Shown in pieces: positions 40,301 to 54,758 of a stretch of DNA of 64,000 nucleotides (position 1 is the first letter of the stretch; each line of letters opens with the position of its first letter). The DNA comes from the human T2T-CHM13v2.0 reference genome, Homo sapiens. Made by a program: the position numbers and the translations under genes. Location of the stretch: assembly GCF_009914755.1 (NCBI RefSeq), contig NC_060927.1. One strand, given 5' to 3'. Under the pieces are notes generated by a model. That model ran no database searches. It saw nothing but the letters and a program-made list of their open reading frames with translations, and was not told where the DNA came from.

Positions 40301-40462
40301 AAATAAATGCTGCTGAATACCTATATATGCCAGATATTAAGCTAACATGGAAATAAATTATTTCATTTTTTTCAACAATCTTATGAGGATGAATGATTGA
40401 ACAAATGAATGAATGAACTATAAACTAACAAGGGAGGAGTCACCATCCAAAAGCACACAGGA

Positions 40463-40760
40463 GGCCAGACATGGTGGCTCACACCTGTAATCCCAGCATT
40501 TTGGGAGGCCAAGGCGGGCGGATCACTTGAGCCCAGGAGTTTGAGGCAGGTGGATCACTTGAGGCCAGACTGGCCAACATAGTGAAACCCCATGTCTACT
40601 AAAAATACAATAATTAGCCGGGCTTGGTGGTGCACGCCTGTAGTTCCAGCTACTTGGGAGGCTGAGGAAGGAGAATTGCTTGAACCCAGGACGCAGAGGT
40701 TGCAGTGAGCAGAAATTGCAGCCTGGCGACAGAGTGAGTGAGACTCCATCCCCCAAAAAA
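40463..40760 (+). mobile_element. Rearranged Alu (S-like) with internal duplication and deletions
   Basis: GGATCACTTGAG appears twice in the left arm; right arm lacks CGCCACTGCACTC. Confidence 0.9.
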
Positions 40761-40865
40761 GATATACAGGAGCCAGGAGGGCATGTAAACAAGTGAGAGG
40801 AGAAGCGCCGGTGTAAGATACTCACAAATGGATGGTACCATGGCAAAACGAAGTGCCATGGCATC

Positions 40866-41277
40866 TGTTATGGACTGAATTACACCCCCCCAAAATTCAC
40901 ATGCTGAAGTCCTAACCCCTGGTATCTCAGAATGCAACCTTATTTGAAGATGGGGACTTTACAGGGATAATCAAGTTAACGTGAGGTCATTACAGTGGGC
41001 CCCGATCCAGTGTGACTAATGTCCTTATAAAAAAGGGAAATTCAAGCACAGACGTGTACAGAAGGAAGACAGTGTGAAGATACAGGGAGAAGATGGCCAT
41101 CTACAAGCCAAGGAGAGAGGCACAGAATAGATCCATCCCCTACAGCCCTCAGAAGAAACCAAGTCTGCCCATGCCTTGATCTCAGACTTCCAGCCTCCAG
41201 AAGCACGAGACAATTTCAGTTGTTTACTCCACCCAGTTTGTGGTACTTTGTTACGGCAGCCCCAGGGAACAAATACA
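40866..41277 (+). mobile_element. MLT1B solo LTR
   Basis: TGTTATGGACTGAATT...AACAAATACA with intact 5-bp TSD GCATC at 40861-40865 and 41278-41282. Confidence 0.9.
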
Positions 41278-42449
41278 GCATCCAAAGGCATCCACGTTCA
41301 AAAGCGTTTTTCAACCCTGGCTAGGCCAAATAAGATTTGTCTGGAGGCCACGTTCTGCCCGAGAGGGCGCAGGTGGCAACCCCTGCAGCCTGGAGAGTTC
41401 TCAGAGCACACCCTGTCCACCAGGGAATTGGCACTGTGGGAGGCTGAGGTCAAACAGATCAAATGGGAATTCAATTATGGTTTGGAGACGAGTCCGTGAG
41501 GTCACAGATTAAATGAGGGCAGGGACTGCAGCCTGGGCCTCGCTGTGGTGTTCATGCTCCGGGCTCCAGAAGCTGCACTCCTGCCTGTCACAGAGCCGGA
41601 CGAGGCCCAGCCTGCTTGTCACATAGAGAAGAAACCGAAATTTAAAAGATAGATAGGTCAGATCAGTTTATATGTGGCTGTGGACTAATACCCCCAGCAT
41701 ATGGCAACCAATACTCTGCGAGGCACATTGGAACTCCTGTAATCAAGTATCTGTTAATTATTAAAATTGAATCTATTTTTCTACCCTTTATTTAGTTGAG
41801 AAATCTCACATTACACAGAAAGGTTAATTACAAACCGACTTCAAGAACCCTTTGTTGGAAGCTTCTGTTTCAGTTTCTCCAAGATGAGTCCTTGAACTCC
41901 ATATTTGGGAATGCAGACACAGGCTGGCTTAGCAAAATCGCTTCCTCATGCTAGCAGACCCCAGATATAGCAAACCTCTCAGATGGCTCCATGGAGCTGG
42001 GATTAACCAGAAACCACTTCAAAACACCCATAACCATCTAAAATGTGGTTTTGTTGCTTTTTCCATTTAGAAAAAAGACCACCATCTTTTCAGCATGTTG
42101 TCCTGGTTGCAAAAGTAAGAGGGTCTCAAGTTCTGGGACCCCAATGGGAGACATACAATATTCCAGCAGCTACACCAATTAGGTCTGCTTGCTCCCAGCT
42201 TTGGGGAAGGTAAATGGCCTATTACTTGGCGGATAATGCATACCACATGGCATTCTTTAGCCTCAAGGAAGCCTCAGAGGCCTCATATTTCTAGAGATAA
42301 CTGGAATGGCAGAGTGCAGAGCAAGCCTCCAGTACCAAGGCTGAGCTTCTTCCCCACCATAAGCTCTACCAAAGAGCCATGGTCCCATCACATCCTTCCC
42401 AGATTCAGTTCTCTCCAGCAATGCTTGGAAACTTCTTGCAGTAGGTGGA

Positions 42450-43215
42450 GGTAGTACTGGTTTATGTCTACCTGACTACTTTCTGCTTCCTCTGCCCTCT
42501 TTAACTCCATGTGTCTCCACGTGGTCTCAACAGGTTGTTACTATGGTGCCCAGACCCTGGGCATCATGGGTCCATGCCCCAGACTGTGCCAATCATAGGG
42601 CAACTGTGTCCCTCTGTTTGGTTCAGGGATGGGCACATAAACCACATTCCCTGGGATTCAAAGCTAGTGTGTAAAAATAGTCCTTCTCTCTTTTTTTTTT
42701 TCTTACATTTTTGTGCTATAGGGATATAGATTCACGCTTCTAAGAACCAACTGTCTGGCCTGATGGAATATTCCTGGCTGCAGCTGGATCACAAAATAAA
42801 AAATAATAATGATAATAGCAAAGACTTATTTAGTATTTACTGTGCCTAACACTATTTTAAGCACATTACACATATTACCTCACTGAATCCCACAAGCCTC
42901 CTCCTCCTCCTCAACACTCTTATCACCACCCATTCTATGTAGATGAATAAACTGGGGCATAGAAAGGCTAAGCCACTTGCCCAAGGTCACATAAGAAGTA
43001 AGATTCAAACCTAGGTGTCTGACTTGAGAGTCTTTACTCTTAACCATTACCAGAGAGTGAGCAAGGGAAAGAGAAAGGGATGACATCAATTAAGCCCCTG
43101 GATCCAGCCATGCATGAAGCTACCCCTGGATTTCTCAGGTAACACAAGCCAATTCATTCCCTCCAAGCTGCTTTGTTTTATTGTGTCTTACAACCAAAAG
43201 AGTCTTGCTTAATAC
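42450..43215 (+). mobile_element. Old MLT1 (K-like) LTR containing a MIR-like segment (~42800-43050, minus)
   Basis: TGGTTCAGGGATGGGCAC...AGCCCCTGGATCCAGCCATGCATGAAGC...CAACCAAAAGAGTC. Confidence 0.55.
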
Positions 43216-43539
43216 ATACTTCTAACATGTCCTTCCTGTGTGGAAGATAGGCTAAAAGCATCTTAGTGTTTCCTATAGTCCATTTAGCACAGAGCTCCTA
43301 TAAACACAAAACCCCTTCCTGTGGTTCTATCAGTAATTTCATTCTGCAGACTATGAAACTATGAGGCCCAAAGAAGTTAAGCTACTTGTCCAAAACTATA
43401 GAGCAAACAAGCGGCAGATGTTCCAGAATCCATTCAGGTCTACCTGATTCACTGTCCATAATCTTCCTTCTAAAGCTATAGTGTCCTTATGCTAATTTTA
43501 ATGCATAGCCCAACTACTTTAAAAATTAACATAAAGGAT

Positions 43540-43854
<315 letters not shown>

Positions 43855-44766
43855 CTAACATAAAGGGCTGTGGTAGGAACACAGAAGCCAGGACAGTTAA
43901 AATTAGGCTTAGAAAATAACATCAGCACCATAGCAAAAGGGAAAAAATTTTAATTAAAAAAACAGACTAATTTATATATGATTCTCATACCACGCAATTC
44001 AACCATTTAAAGTGGACTAGACAATTTTTTTTATATTCATGTCAGAATATACAACCATCACCAAAATCAATTTCAGAACATTTTCATCACCCTCCCCAAA
44101 GAAACTCTGTGCCAATTAGCAGTAACTCTATGTTGCTGTCCAAATCCCTCCCCAACCCTAAACTACCGCTAATCTACTTTCTGTCTCTACAGATTTGTCT
44201 GTTCTGGACATTTCATGTCAATAGAATCATGCAATATGTGAGCTGTGTGTCTGGATTCTTATACTTAGAATTGTTTCAAGGTTCATCATGTTGTGGCATG
44301 TATCAGTACTTTGTTTCTTTTTATTCCCAACATTGGAATTTATATGATACATTACATTGAATGTATCCATTGATCAGTTGAGGGATATCTGAGTTGTTTT
44401 CACTTTTTGGCTATTATAAATAATTCTGCCATGAATATTTGTGTGCAAGTTTTCATGTTTTTATGCCTTGGTTATATACCCAGACATTTCTGGGTTCCAC
44501 GGTAAGTCTATATTTAACATTTTGAGGAATTTCCAGACTATTTTCCAAAGTGGCTGCCCCATTTTACATTCTCACCAGCAATGTGTCATGGTTCCAGTTT
44601 CTCTACATCTTCAACAACACTTGTTATTGTTATTATTATCTGTCTTTTGCATTTCCCTGATAGCTAATGAGGTTGAGCATCTTTTCATGTTCTTATTGGC
44701 CATTCGTATGTAATTTTTTAGAGAACTGTCTATTCAGATCTTTGGTTCAATTTTTAACTGGGTTGT

Positions 44767-44913
44767 CTTTTTGTTTTTTGTTTTTTTGAGACAGGGTCTC
44801 ACTATGTTTCCTAGGCTAGAGTGCAGAAGCGATACAGCTTTGAACTCCTGGCCTAAAGTCATCCTCCCACCTCAGCCTCCCAAGTACCTGGGACTACAGG
44901 TGCACACCACTAC
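44767..44913 (-). mobile_element. Old monomeric or partial Alu (FAM/FLAM/AluJ-like)
   Basis: TTTGAGACAGGGTCTCACTATG...CCTCAGCCTCCCAAGTACCTGGGACTACAGG. Confidence 0.8.
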
Positions 44914-45205
44914 TTAGGATGTCTGGCCCATCTAATTAGATTGTCTTTTTATTATTGAATTGTAAGAGTTCGTTATATGTTCTATAAGCAAATCCCTTAA
45001 CATATGATTTGCAAATATTTTCTCCCATTTCATGAGTTATCTTTTCAGTTTCTTGATTGTATCCTTTAAAACACAAAAGTTTTACATTTTAATGGAGTCC
45101 AATTTATCAATGCTTATTTAGTTGCTTTTGTTTTGGTATAATGTAAAAAAAAACATTGCCAATCTAAGGTCATGAAGATTCATCCTTGTTTTCTTCTAAG
45201 AGTTG

Positions 45206-45425
45206 TTTTTTTTTTTTTTTCCTTTTTGACAGGGTCTCACTCTGTCACACAGGCTGGAGTTCAATGTGATCACAGCTCACTGCAGCCTCAACCCCCTGGG
45301 CTTAAGTGATCCTCCCACCTCAGCCTCCCAAGTAGCTGGGACCACCGGTGTGTGCCACCACACCTGGCTAATTTATTTATTTTTATTTTTTGTAGAGATG
45401 GGGCCTCCCTATGTTGCCCAGGCTG
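45206..45425 (-). mobile_element. 5'-truncated AluJ
   Basis: Reverse Alu; TSD TTCTAAGA at 45194-45201 and 45426-45433. Confidence 0.85.
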
Positions 45426-46024
45426 TTCTAAGACTTTTATAGTTTTAGCTCCGACATTTAGGATCTTGATCCATTTTGAGTTCATATTTTATACCATGTG
45501 AAATAGAGATCTGTCTTTATTCTTTTGCATGTGGATATTCAATTGTCCCAGCACCATTTGTGGAAAATATTATTCTTTCCCTATTGCACTGTTTTGGTAA
45601 CCTCATGAAAAATCAATTGACCATAAATGTGAGAATTTATTTCTGGACTCTCAATTCTATTCCATTGATCTATATGTCTATGTCAGTACCAAGATTGCCT
45701 TGTTTACTGTTGCTTTGTAGTAAGTTTTCAAATCAGAAAGTGTGAGCCCCTTAATTTTCTTTTTGTTTTTTTTTAAGATTGTTTTGGCTATTCTGAGTCC
45801 CTTGTATTTCCATATGACTATTGGGATCAGCTTGTCAATTTCTGCAAAGAAGTCAGTGAATAGGGACTGTGTTGAGTCTGTAGAGCAATTCAAAGAAGTC
45901 CTGCCATCTTACCGATATTAAATCTTTTGGTTGGTGAATATGCGGTGTCTTTCTATTTATTTAGGTCTTTTAAAAATTTCTTTCAACAATGTTTTATAGT
46001 TTTCAAAGCATAGGTTTTGCACTT

Positions 46025-46488
46025 TTAAATTTTATTTTATTTTATTTTTAAAGGGATACTCAACCTGAATTTATTTCATTTATAGAAATAATATGTATTA
46101 TACATGTATTTATAAAAATGACAATATATGCCTATAAGATCTGTATGCTGAAAACTACAAACACTGATGAAAGAAATCAAAGACCTAAAGCAATGGGGAG
46201 ACATACTATGTTCACGGATCAGAAGATTCTACAGAGTAAAAATGTCAGTATTACCCAAATTGATAAATAGATTTAACACAATTCCAGCAGGATTTCTGTT
46301 GTTGCTGATGTAGACAAGTTAATTCTAAAATTTGTATGGAAAGGCAAAGAAACTAGAATAATCAGAACAATTTTTGCAAAGAAGAGTAAAATTGGAGGAA
46401 GATAATCAAAATGATGTGGCATTGGTGAAAGGAACGACTCATATATCAGATAGAGAGTAAGGAGTCCAAAAACAGGCCCACACAAAGG
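46025..46488 (-). mobile_element. Poly(A)-tailed retro-insertion (orphan transduction or retrocopy) whose body is an antisense old-L1 fragment
   Basis: 13-bp TSD AGGTTTTGCACTT at 46012-46024 and 46489-46501; T-rich tail 46025-46049; TTTATT (AATAAA on minus) at 46070-46075. Confidence 0.75.
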
Positions 46489-47664
46489 AGGTTTTGCACT
46501 TCCTTGTTAAACTTATTCTTAAGTATTTTGTTCTTTCTGATGCTATTGTAAAATGGAATTGTTTTCTTAATTTCATTTTCAGATTTTTCACTGTAAGTGT
46601 ATAGAAATACAAGTGATTTTTGTATATTGGTCTTTTATCTTGCAACCTTGCAGAACTTGTTCATTAGCTATAATAGGTATTTAGCAGATTGCTTAGGATA
46701 TTCCATATATAAGATCATGTCATCTGCAAATAGAGATAATTTTACTTCTTCCTTTCCATCTGCATGCCTTTAATGTCATTTTTTTGCCTAATTATTGGAT
46801 TCCTGGCTAGACGTCCCAGTACAAGGTTGTACAGAAGTGGCAAGAGCACTTCTTGTCTTGTCTCATTCCTGATCTCAGGGGAAGGCATTCAATCTCTCAT
46901 CCCTAAGGGGGATGCCAACTGTAGGTTTTTCATAGGTGCCCTTTATCACATTAAGAAAGTTTCCTTCTAGTCCTCATTTGTTCAGTGTTTTTTTTAATCA
47001 TAAAAGTAAATGTTAGTTTTAAAAAGAGACCTTAGGATCTGCAGGCAAAGATGAACCCTTGAACACAGGTCATTTTGTTCCCTCTTGGAACCACTAAAAG
47101 TAGAGTAAAGGATTTATTTTTTTCTTTACTGAAAAACAAACAAACAAACAAAAACCCCACAGGACTGGGAGAATGGAGAGAAGACAACAAGAAAATATTT
47201 TAAGCTGAAAATAGATGGGTAGGCAGGCACTGCCTTGAGAAAGCCAAATCCTAAGCCAAGTTGTAAAAACTGAGAATCAATGGAATCCTCCAGAGCTCAG
47301 GAATTTGTTGTTGCTCTTGTAATTCCAGAAGTGGAGGTGAATGGTGGGGAGGACTAAATAAGGAGTGGGTTAAAGCTGTTAAAGGAGTAGATGGTTTCCC
47401 AGATCTGCTCCTTAGGCCCAGCCCTCACTCCAGGCTGTAGGAAACTGTCCTCCCCAATCCACTCTAGGTGAGGCTTTGCCCTCTGGAAAGGGTGACACAG
47501 ACGTCCCCAGGGCAGGATGTGTGACTTCACATAATGGAGACTGAGACTCCAGACTGCTGTCCAGGCAGGAGACTGGAAGGGCTGACTAGGCCAAGGGGGA
47601 AGACCTAAGACATTTATATTTGGGTTTCCCCAAAACAGAGCCCACCACATCCCTCTAAGTTTAA

Positions 47665-48354
<690 letters not shown>

Positions 48355-48485
48355 GAGAGAGAAAGAAAGAGAGAGAGAAGTAGAGGTGACCAAAAGGATA
48401 TGTAAAAATGAATGGCTCTTGGAAATTTGAAACATGATGGAAGAATGGAAGAACTTAATAGTAAGAACTAGAGGCAACAATGAAG

Positions 48486-49342
48486 TATATTAGTTTGCCA
48501 GGGCTGCCATAACACATGTGGAAAGAAAAACTTTAGGCAAATCACATTTAATGGAGTTTAATTGAGTAAAGAACAATTTGAGAATTGGGCAGCTCCTTGA
48601 ACCAGAATACGTTCAGAGACACTCTGGGGCTGCCACATGATAGGGTAATATTTATGGAGAGAAAAAGGAAAGTGAGGTACAGGAAATGGAAGTGAGGCAC
48701 AGAAACAGCTGAATTGGCTATAGCTGGGCGTTTGACTTATTTGAACATGGTTTGAAGAGCTGGCAGCCTGTGATTGGCCAAAACTCTGTGACTAGTACAA
48801 GAGTAGGTTAGAGTCTGTTTCCACAACCAGTTGGGTTACAGTTCACTGTGTGCCGAGAAACCTCTAGGTTGAACTTGAAATATGTAAGCAGGCAGCTTTG
48901 GGCTAAAGTAGAGGCTAAGCTTAATACAAGGTACCACAAACTGAGTGGTTTAAACAACAGAAATGTATCATCTCACTTTTCTGAAGCCTAGAAGGGGAAA
49001 TTGGCAGTGTTGGTTCCTCCTGGGGCTGTGAGAGCCATCTGTGCCCTGCTCCTCTCTTAGTTCCCGGTGGGTTGCTGGCACTCTTGAGCATTCCTTGGCT
49101 TGTAGATTTATTGTCAGATCTGTCTTTATACGGTGTTCTCCCTGTGTGTGTGTTTGTCTCTGTATCGAGATTTTCCCTTTGTATAAGGATACAGTCATAT
49201 TGGATTAGGGACCTGCCCTAATAATGATCTCATCTTAACCTGATCATCTGCAAAGACCCTATTTTCAAATAAGGTCACATTCATAGGCAATGGGGTTAGG
49301 ACTTCAACATCTTCTGGAGAGACACAATGCAACCCATAACAC
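48486..49342 (-). mobile_element. MLT1C-like LTR split by MER57
   Basis: TATTAGTTTGCCAGGGCTGCCATAACA ... TACCACAAACTGAGTGGTTTAAACAACAG ... CAACCCATAACA. Confidence 0.75.
48517..48928 (-). mobile_element. MER57-family ERV1 solo LTR
   Basis: TG...CA ends; GGAAAGTGAGGTACAGGAAATGGAAGTGAGG, TTATTTGAACATGGTTTGAA, TGTGATTGGCCAAAACTC match MER57 reverse. Confidence 0.75.
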
Positions 49343-50129
49343 GAAGAAATCTCTTTCCAAGAAGAACAAAAGCATAAAGAGATACACAAGACAACACAAC
49401 ACAAGACAGAAATTGTAAGAAAATTAGAGGAGATACAATACCTGAATAGCTGGAGGTCTAGGAAGAAGACAGAAAAAAATGAAGAGAAGGAAGTCGTTAG
49501 TGAAATATTTCAAGGAAATTTCCCAACACTGAAGGATTGAAAGGGCCCATTGGGTATTTGGCACAGTGGTGAAAAGGGACCCACACCAAAGAGCATAGTC
49601 ATGAAACCTCGGTATACTGAAGACACAGAGAAGATTCTTTAAGTTTCCAGAGAGAAAACAATCTCCATGCACAGAATCAGGAATCAGAGGGCTTTGATTT
49701 TCTCATCAGTGTCACCAGTTGTGAGGAAGGAAAGCCACTTCCTCCTGGGAGATTATGCCAGTCAAGCTATCAGTCAAATGTAAAGGAAGAATAAAGACTT
49801 CATTAGTCTTGAAAGGTCTCAAAGAATGTACCTCCCACACACACATCCTTTCTCAGGAAGCTACTGCACGATGAGCTCCACCAAAATGAGGGAGTAAGAA
49901 AAGAAGGAGAAAGACAGAGCCTGCAGGAAGTAGGAGATACAACACTGAAGAGAAGGAAGGGAGTCCCAGGATGACGGTCAAGGAGATCCCGCTATGAAAG
50001 CAGGGCCCCCCAGCCTGGATGGAGCAGGTCAGGACACTCTGCTCTGGGAGACATGTCTCCAAAAAGCTGAAACTCCTATAATACCTGAAGCCAGTGAATC
50101 TGCTGAGAAGAAATAAGACTACTGGATGA

Positions 50130-50990
50130 ATGTGCTGGGAGTCTCCACCATGGCCCACCTCATCCATTTTCTGCCTTTCTTTGGTCAGCGGTCTCTGTGG
50201 ATTGAAACTCCTGGCTCCCTTACCTGGGTTCTGACTGAATTTGGCTAATGGGAGGCACTGAGAAGACATGGGAGCGGAAGAAAAGAGAGAGGCCAAGTGT
50301 ATTCCATGCCTCTCCCTGACTGCTTTGATGCCACCTGGTAAGGTTTGGATTTGTGTCCCCACCCAAATCTCATGTCAAATTGTAATCTCCAACATTGGAG
50401 GAGGGGCCTGATGGGAGGTGACTGGATCATCGGGGTGGACATCCCCCTTGCTGTTCTTGTGATAGTGAGTGAGTTCTTATGAGAACTGGTTGTTTAAAGG
50501 TGTGTAGCACCTCCTCCTTCATTCTCTTCCTCCCGCTCCGCCATGGTAGGATGTGCCTCCTTCCTCTTCACCTTCTGCCGTGATTGTAAGTTTCCTGAGG
50601 TCTCCCCCGCCATGCTTCCTGTACAGCATGCAGAACTGAGAGCCAATTAAAACTCTTTTCCTTATACATTACCCGGTCTCAGGTAGGTCCTTACAACAAT
50701 ATGGGAACAAACTAATAAACCGCCATTTCAGCAGTGGCTATGTCATCCCTCCCCAAACACAGCTCCTACGGGCATCTCCTCTACAGCTCAATCTCCTAGG
50801 CTCCAGGAACACTATTTCCTTCCCTTGCCCTTCAGGCCTGGCACTGTCAACAGCTTCCTACTGTTGCTGAAGTCCTGGGGTGCCTCTCCATCCTCGTCCA
50901 CACCTCTCTCAACAGCCCCTTCATTTACAAACCCTTGGATTAAAACCTCTGTGTGAAATGCTGCGTCCAACCAGGACTCCAACTCACCCT
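50130..50990 (+). mobile_element. LTR33-like ERVL LTR split by MSTA
   Basis: TTTGGCTAATGGGAGGCACTG...CCCTTCAGGCCTGGC...AACAGCTTCCTACTGTTGCT. Confidence 0.6.
50336..50719 (+). mobile_element. MSTA solo LTR
   Basis: GGTTTGGATTTGTGTCCCCACCCAAATCTCATG...TGATTGTAAGTTTCCTGAGG; near-TSD CCACC/CCGCC. Confidence 0.85.
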
Positions 50991-51452
50991 GCCTGTGTTT
51001 GTGGTAGAAGTGATGATAAAGAAGCAAACAAAAAAATAATCATAAACTCTAGGAAAACAAAAATTGTGTAGGAAAGGAAAAACAATCGTGGTTTTACCAT
51101 AAAACACCACTGTGATGATGTGCACTAATAAAGTCAAAACAATAGAAATAATGAATATTGATTGAGCCAAATACAGTATAATAATATTGAGAGTTGGGCA
51201 GGGGGTGAGAGAAAAGTCTGCTTACATAGGATGAGGATGGGCAGAAGGAATAAGGGCTAAAATCTTATCTTCCATAGTGGAAAGTCAAGAGATAACACTT
51301 AAGATGGAAAACACAGCAAGGAGCTCTAGGCATGATTCTTAAGAGATGTGGAAACGAGTACCAAAGAAATCATGATACAGAACAGAAAATGTTCCTCTGA
51401 AGAAGGGGAGAAGGGAAGAGGGTAGGGCTGGGGATTGGGGCTGCTGTTTTCC

Positions 51453-51744
51453 TTTTTCTTTCTTTCTTTTATTTTGAGACAGGGTCTCGCTGTTACCCAG
51501 GCTGGAGTGCAGTGGCTCAGTCTCAGCTCACTGCAGCCTCTACCCCCTGAGCTCAAATGATCCTCCCACCTCAGCCTCCTGAGTAGCTGGGACGACATGT
51601 GCACTCCACCATGTGTGACTAATTTTTTAATTTTTTTTGCAGAGATGGGGGTCCCACTATGTTGCTCAGGCTGGGCTCAAGCAATGTTCCTGCCTCAGCC
51701 TCCCAAAGTGCTGAGATTACAGGTGTGAGCCACCACACCCGGCC
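51453..51744 (-). mobile_element. AluJ
   Basis: Reverse dimer with a small deletion. Confidence 0.9.
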
Positions 51745-51756
51745 AGTTTTTCTTAA

Positions 51757-52144
51757 TGTATTGCGATGCTTGGGCTGTCATAACAAAATACCAAAGACTA
51801 GGTGGCTTAAACAACAGATATTTATTTCTCACTGTTCTGGAGGCTGACCATCTAAGATCATGGTGCCAGCAGGGCGGGTCCCTCCTGAGGCCTCTCTCCC
51901 TGGCTTTCAGATCATTGTCTTCATGCTGTGTCCTCACATGGCCATTCCTCTGTATCTCTTCCTCTTCTTACAAGGACACCAGTCCTATTAGGTTAGGGCC
52001 CTGCCCTTGTAACTTCATTTAACCTTGATCACTTCTTTAAAGGCTCTGTGTCCAAATACAGGTTTAGGGCTTCAACATCAACATATGAATTTGGTGGTGG
52101 TAGCTGGGGTGGCGAGGACACGATCCAATCCATTACACTTAGCA
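51757..52144 (-). mobile_element. MLT1A/B-like LTR
   Basis: GGGCTGTCATAACAAAATACCAAAGACTAGGTGGCTTAAACAACAG...GGGCTTCAACA. Confidence 0.75.
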
Positions 52145-52544
52145 TGCTGTGTGGATCTAGGAAATTCTTCAAGCTGTGAGCATGTTAAGCAAGGTACATC
52201 CAGGGAGCATGAACTATGTGTTAAAAGCATCCTGATATAAAGGCCAGTACTGGGGGCATAAAGAGGCAGGCCCCGAGTTTGGCTAATGGTAGACATTTGT
52301 TAAACACACCCATTTTACTAGTCTTGTCTTTTGCCCATCACAAAGACTCCCGGAGTCCAAGTGCCTCTACCTGGTTTTGATTTTCTTCCAATTTTAACAA
52401 TGTGGCAAGAATGGAAAACCAGATTTTTTTGTTCAGCGTGTCTCCTTGACTGCAGAGTGTTGAGTACAGTGAAATTGAGGAAGCTGGGTTAGGTTTAATT
52501 CCTGCTCGTTTTTGATTAATTTCTGTTTGCATTCTTGTATCCCA

Positions 52545-52915
52545 ATAACATGGTGTGGTAGATCGATTAATGCTCAGAATGTGTGTTTTCTCTTCCTCTG
52601 GCACCCTTCTCATGGGATCCCAGTCTTCTGTGGTCAGGAGTGATCATGTACTTCTTAGCCTAGTAAAATGTGAGCAAAAGTGATGCGTGTCACCTCTAAA
52701 CAGAGGTTGAAGAGCCAGTGCACGGTTTGCTATCCCTTCTGCCCCAAGGTTGACAATAATATCCCAGAGAGAGGTTGCTCCATCAGCTTGGGTTCCAGAG
52801 TAATGCACAGGGACACTGGCATGGGTGAGAAACAAGCCTTTGTTGTTAGCCTTGGAGATTTGAGGTCATTTGTTACAGGAGCAAAACACAGCCTCAGCTG
52901 ATTGATTCTGGTGGG
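52545..52915 (+). mobile_element. Old MLT1 LTR
   Basis: GGTTGCTCCATCAGCTTGGGTTCCAGAGT...GAGATTTGAGGTCATTTGTTACAG. Confidence 0.55.
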
Positions 52916-53129
52916 CATATCTTCCATTCGAAGCAGCCCAACAGTGCCCCATTAACTTATGTGGCCATCACATTCTCTGCATTATACAGATTTTTTTTCA
53001 AGGAGGAAGCCATTTAGCAGAAGAGAAGTGAGAGCCATACCAAGATTATCTGGATCCTTTTTAGCTCGCAGTAGCACTTCCACTTAAGACCATGGAAGCA
53101 TTCTAGACTCTAATAAAAATTACAAACCT

Positions 53130-53406
53130 GGCCAGGCACAGTGGCTCACGTCTGTAATCCCAGCACTGGGATGCAGAGGCAGGCAGATCACTTGAAGTCA
53201 GGAGTTCGAGACCAGCTTGGCCAACATGGTGAAACCGTGTCTCTACTAAAAATACAAAAATTGGCAAGGCATGGTGGCAGGCACCTGTAATCCCGGCTAC
53301 TTGGGAGGCTGAGGCAGGAGAATCGCTTGAACCCGGGAGGCAGACTGCGGTCACCCATTGCACTCCAGCCTGGGCAACGGAGAGAGACTCTGTTTAAAAA
53401 AAAAAA
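53130..53406 (+). mobile_element. AluS
   Basis: Dimer with small deletions; TSD AAAAATTACAAAC. Confidence 0.9.
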
Positions 53407-53959
53407 TTACAAACACTGCCTCCAATAAAAATGCACATTTGCTATCACACACACACACATACACACACACAATTTTTGTGAAAATTTTCAAGGAACTCAT
53501 GTCACAGACCTTCTGAAGCCATTCATGAATCCTTCCTTTAAGATCTAACTTCACTCTCATCTTTAAAACCTCCCAGCAGCAGAGACTAAGTCGGCTAGCT
53601 GAAACCTAACATAGCACTTAAGACAATTTCTGCTAGAAGACAGGGACTGTATTATTCAGCTCTGGATCAATATGGTAATTGGTACAAAGCAGGCAGTCAA
53701 GAAATATATATTGGATTAAACACAGCAGCTCTACGAAAAAAGGTATTAATATGACCTCGTTGTATAGGAAAAATCCTCGAGGTCATCTAGTTATTAAGTG
53801 ATAGGTGGATTTGGACCCCAAATCCACTGACCTTAAACCCTTGCATTGTCCGTAGTTCCAAGCTACTCAAACCCAGGGCTACAGGAGGCTTCAGGAGAAG
53901 TGTGGCCTATTTTTTTCTGGGGGGAGGGGAGCAGCAGTTTTACTAGAAATTTTTAAAAT

Positions 53960-54440
53960 CAGTTAATATTAACTTCATCTGCATATAACAGAAAGAAAAC
54001 TCAAAAGTAATAGTGCCTTAAATAAAAGAGAACTTTATTTATGACATCTATGAGAGGTCAAATGCTAGCCAGGGCCAACCTGGAACAGCAACTCCATGGG
54101 TTCACCTGGGACCCGGGCTTCTGTCGTTCAGCTCTTGCTATACTTAACATGTGACTTCCATCCTTAATGTTTCCCTTATGGTCTAAGATCACTGGTAGAG
54201 TTCCAGGCATCACATTCAAGTTCCAAGCTGGAAAGCTAGAGGATGCTTGTCTCTCCACTTCCACCCCCATCTTTCGAGAACACTTCCCAGAAGAGACACA
54301 TGGCACTTCAGCTTGCTTCACATTGGCTAGAAAATGGTCACATGGCCATGCTTAGCTTTGTAAGGGAGGCTGGGAAATGTTGTCTTCATCCTAGAAGGCA
54401 ATCAGCCCGGCTAATCACTGGGATTCCATTATGAAAAAGG
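53960..54440 (-). mobile_element. Old MLT1 (J/K-like) LTR
   Basis: TTCCAGGCATCACATTC...CATTGGCTAGAAAATGGTCACATGGCCA...GGGAGGCTGGGAAATG. Confidence 0.55.
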
Positions 54441-54452
54441 AAGGGAAGAAAA

Positions 54453-54758
<306 letters not shown>

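Larger units (their letters stand above)
43960..47005 (-). mobile_element. L1MB-like LINE (3' UTR plus ORF2 remnant), interrupted
   Basis: TTTTCCAAAGTGGCTGCCCCATTTTACATTCTCACCAGCAATG, TTGTCCCAGCACCATTTGT, GATCATGTCATCTGCAAATAGAGATAATTTTACTTC. Confidence 0.85.
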
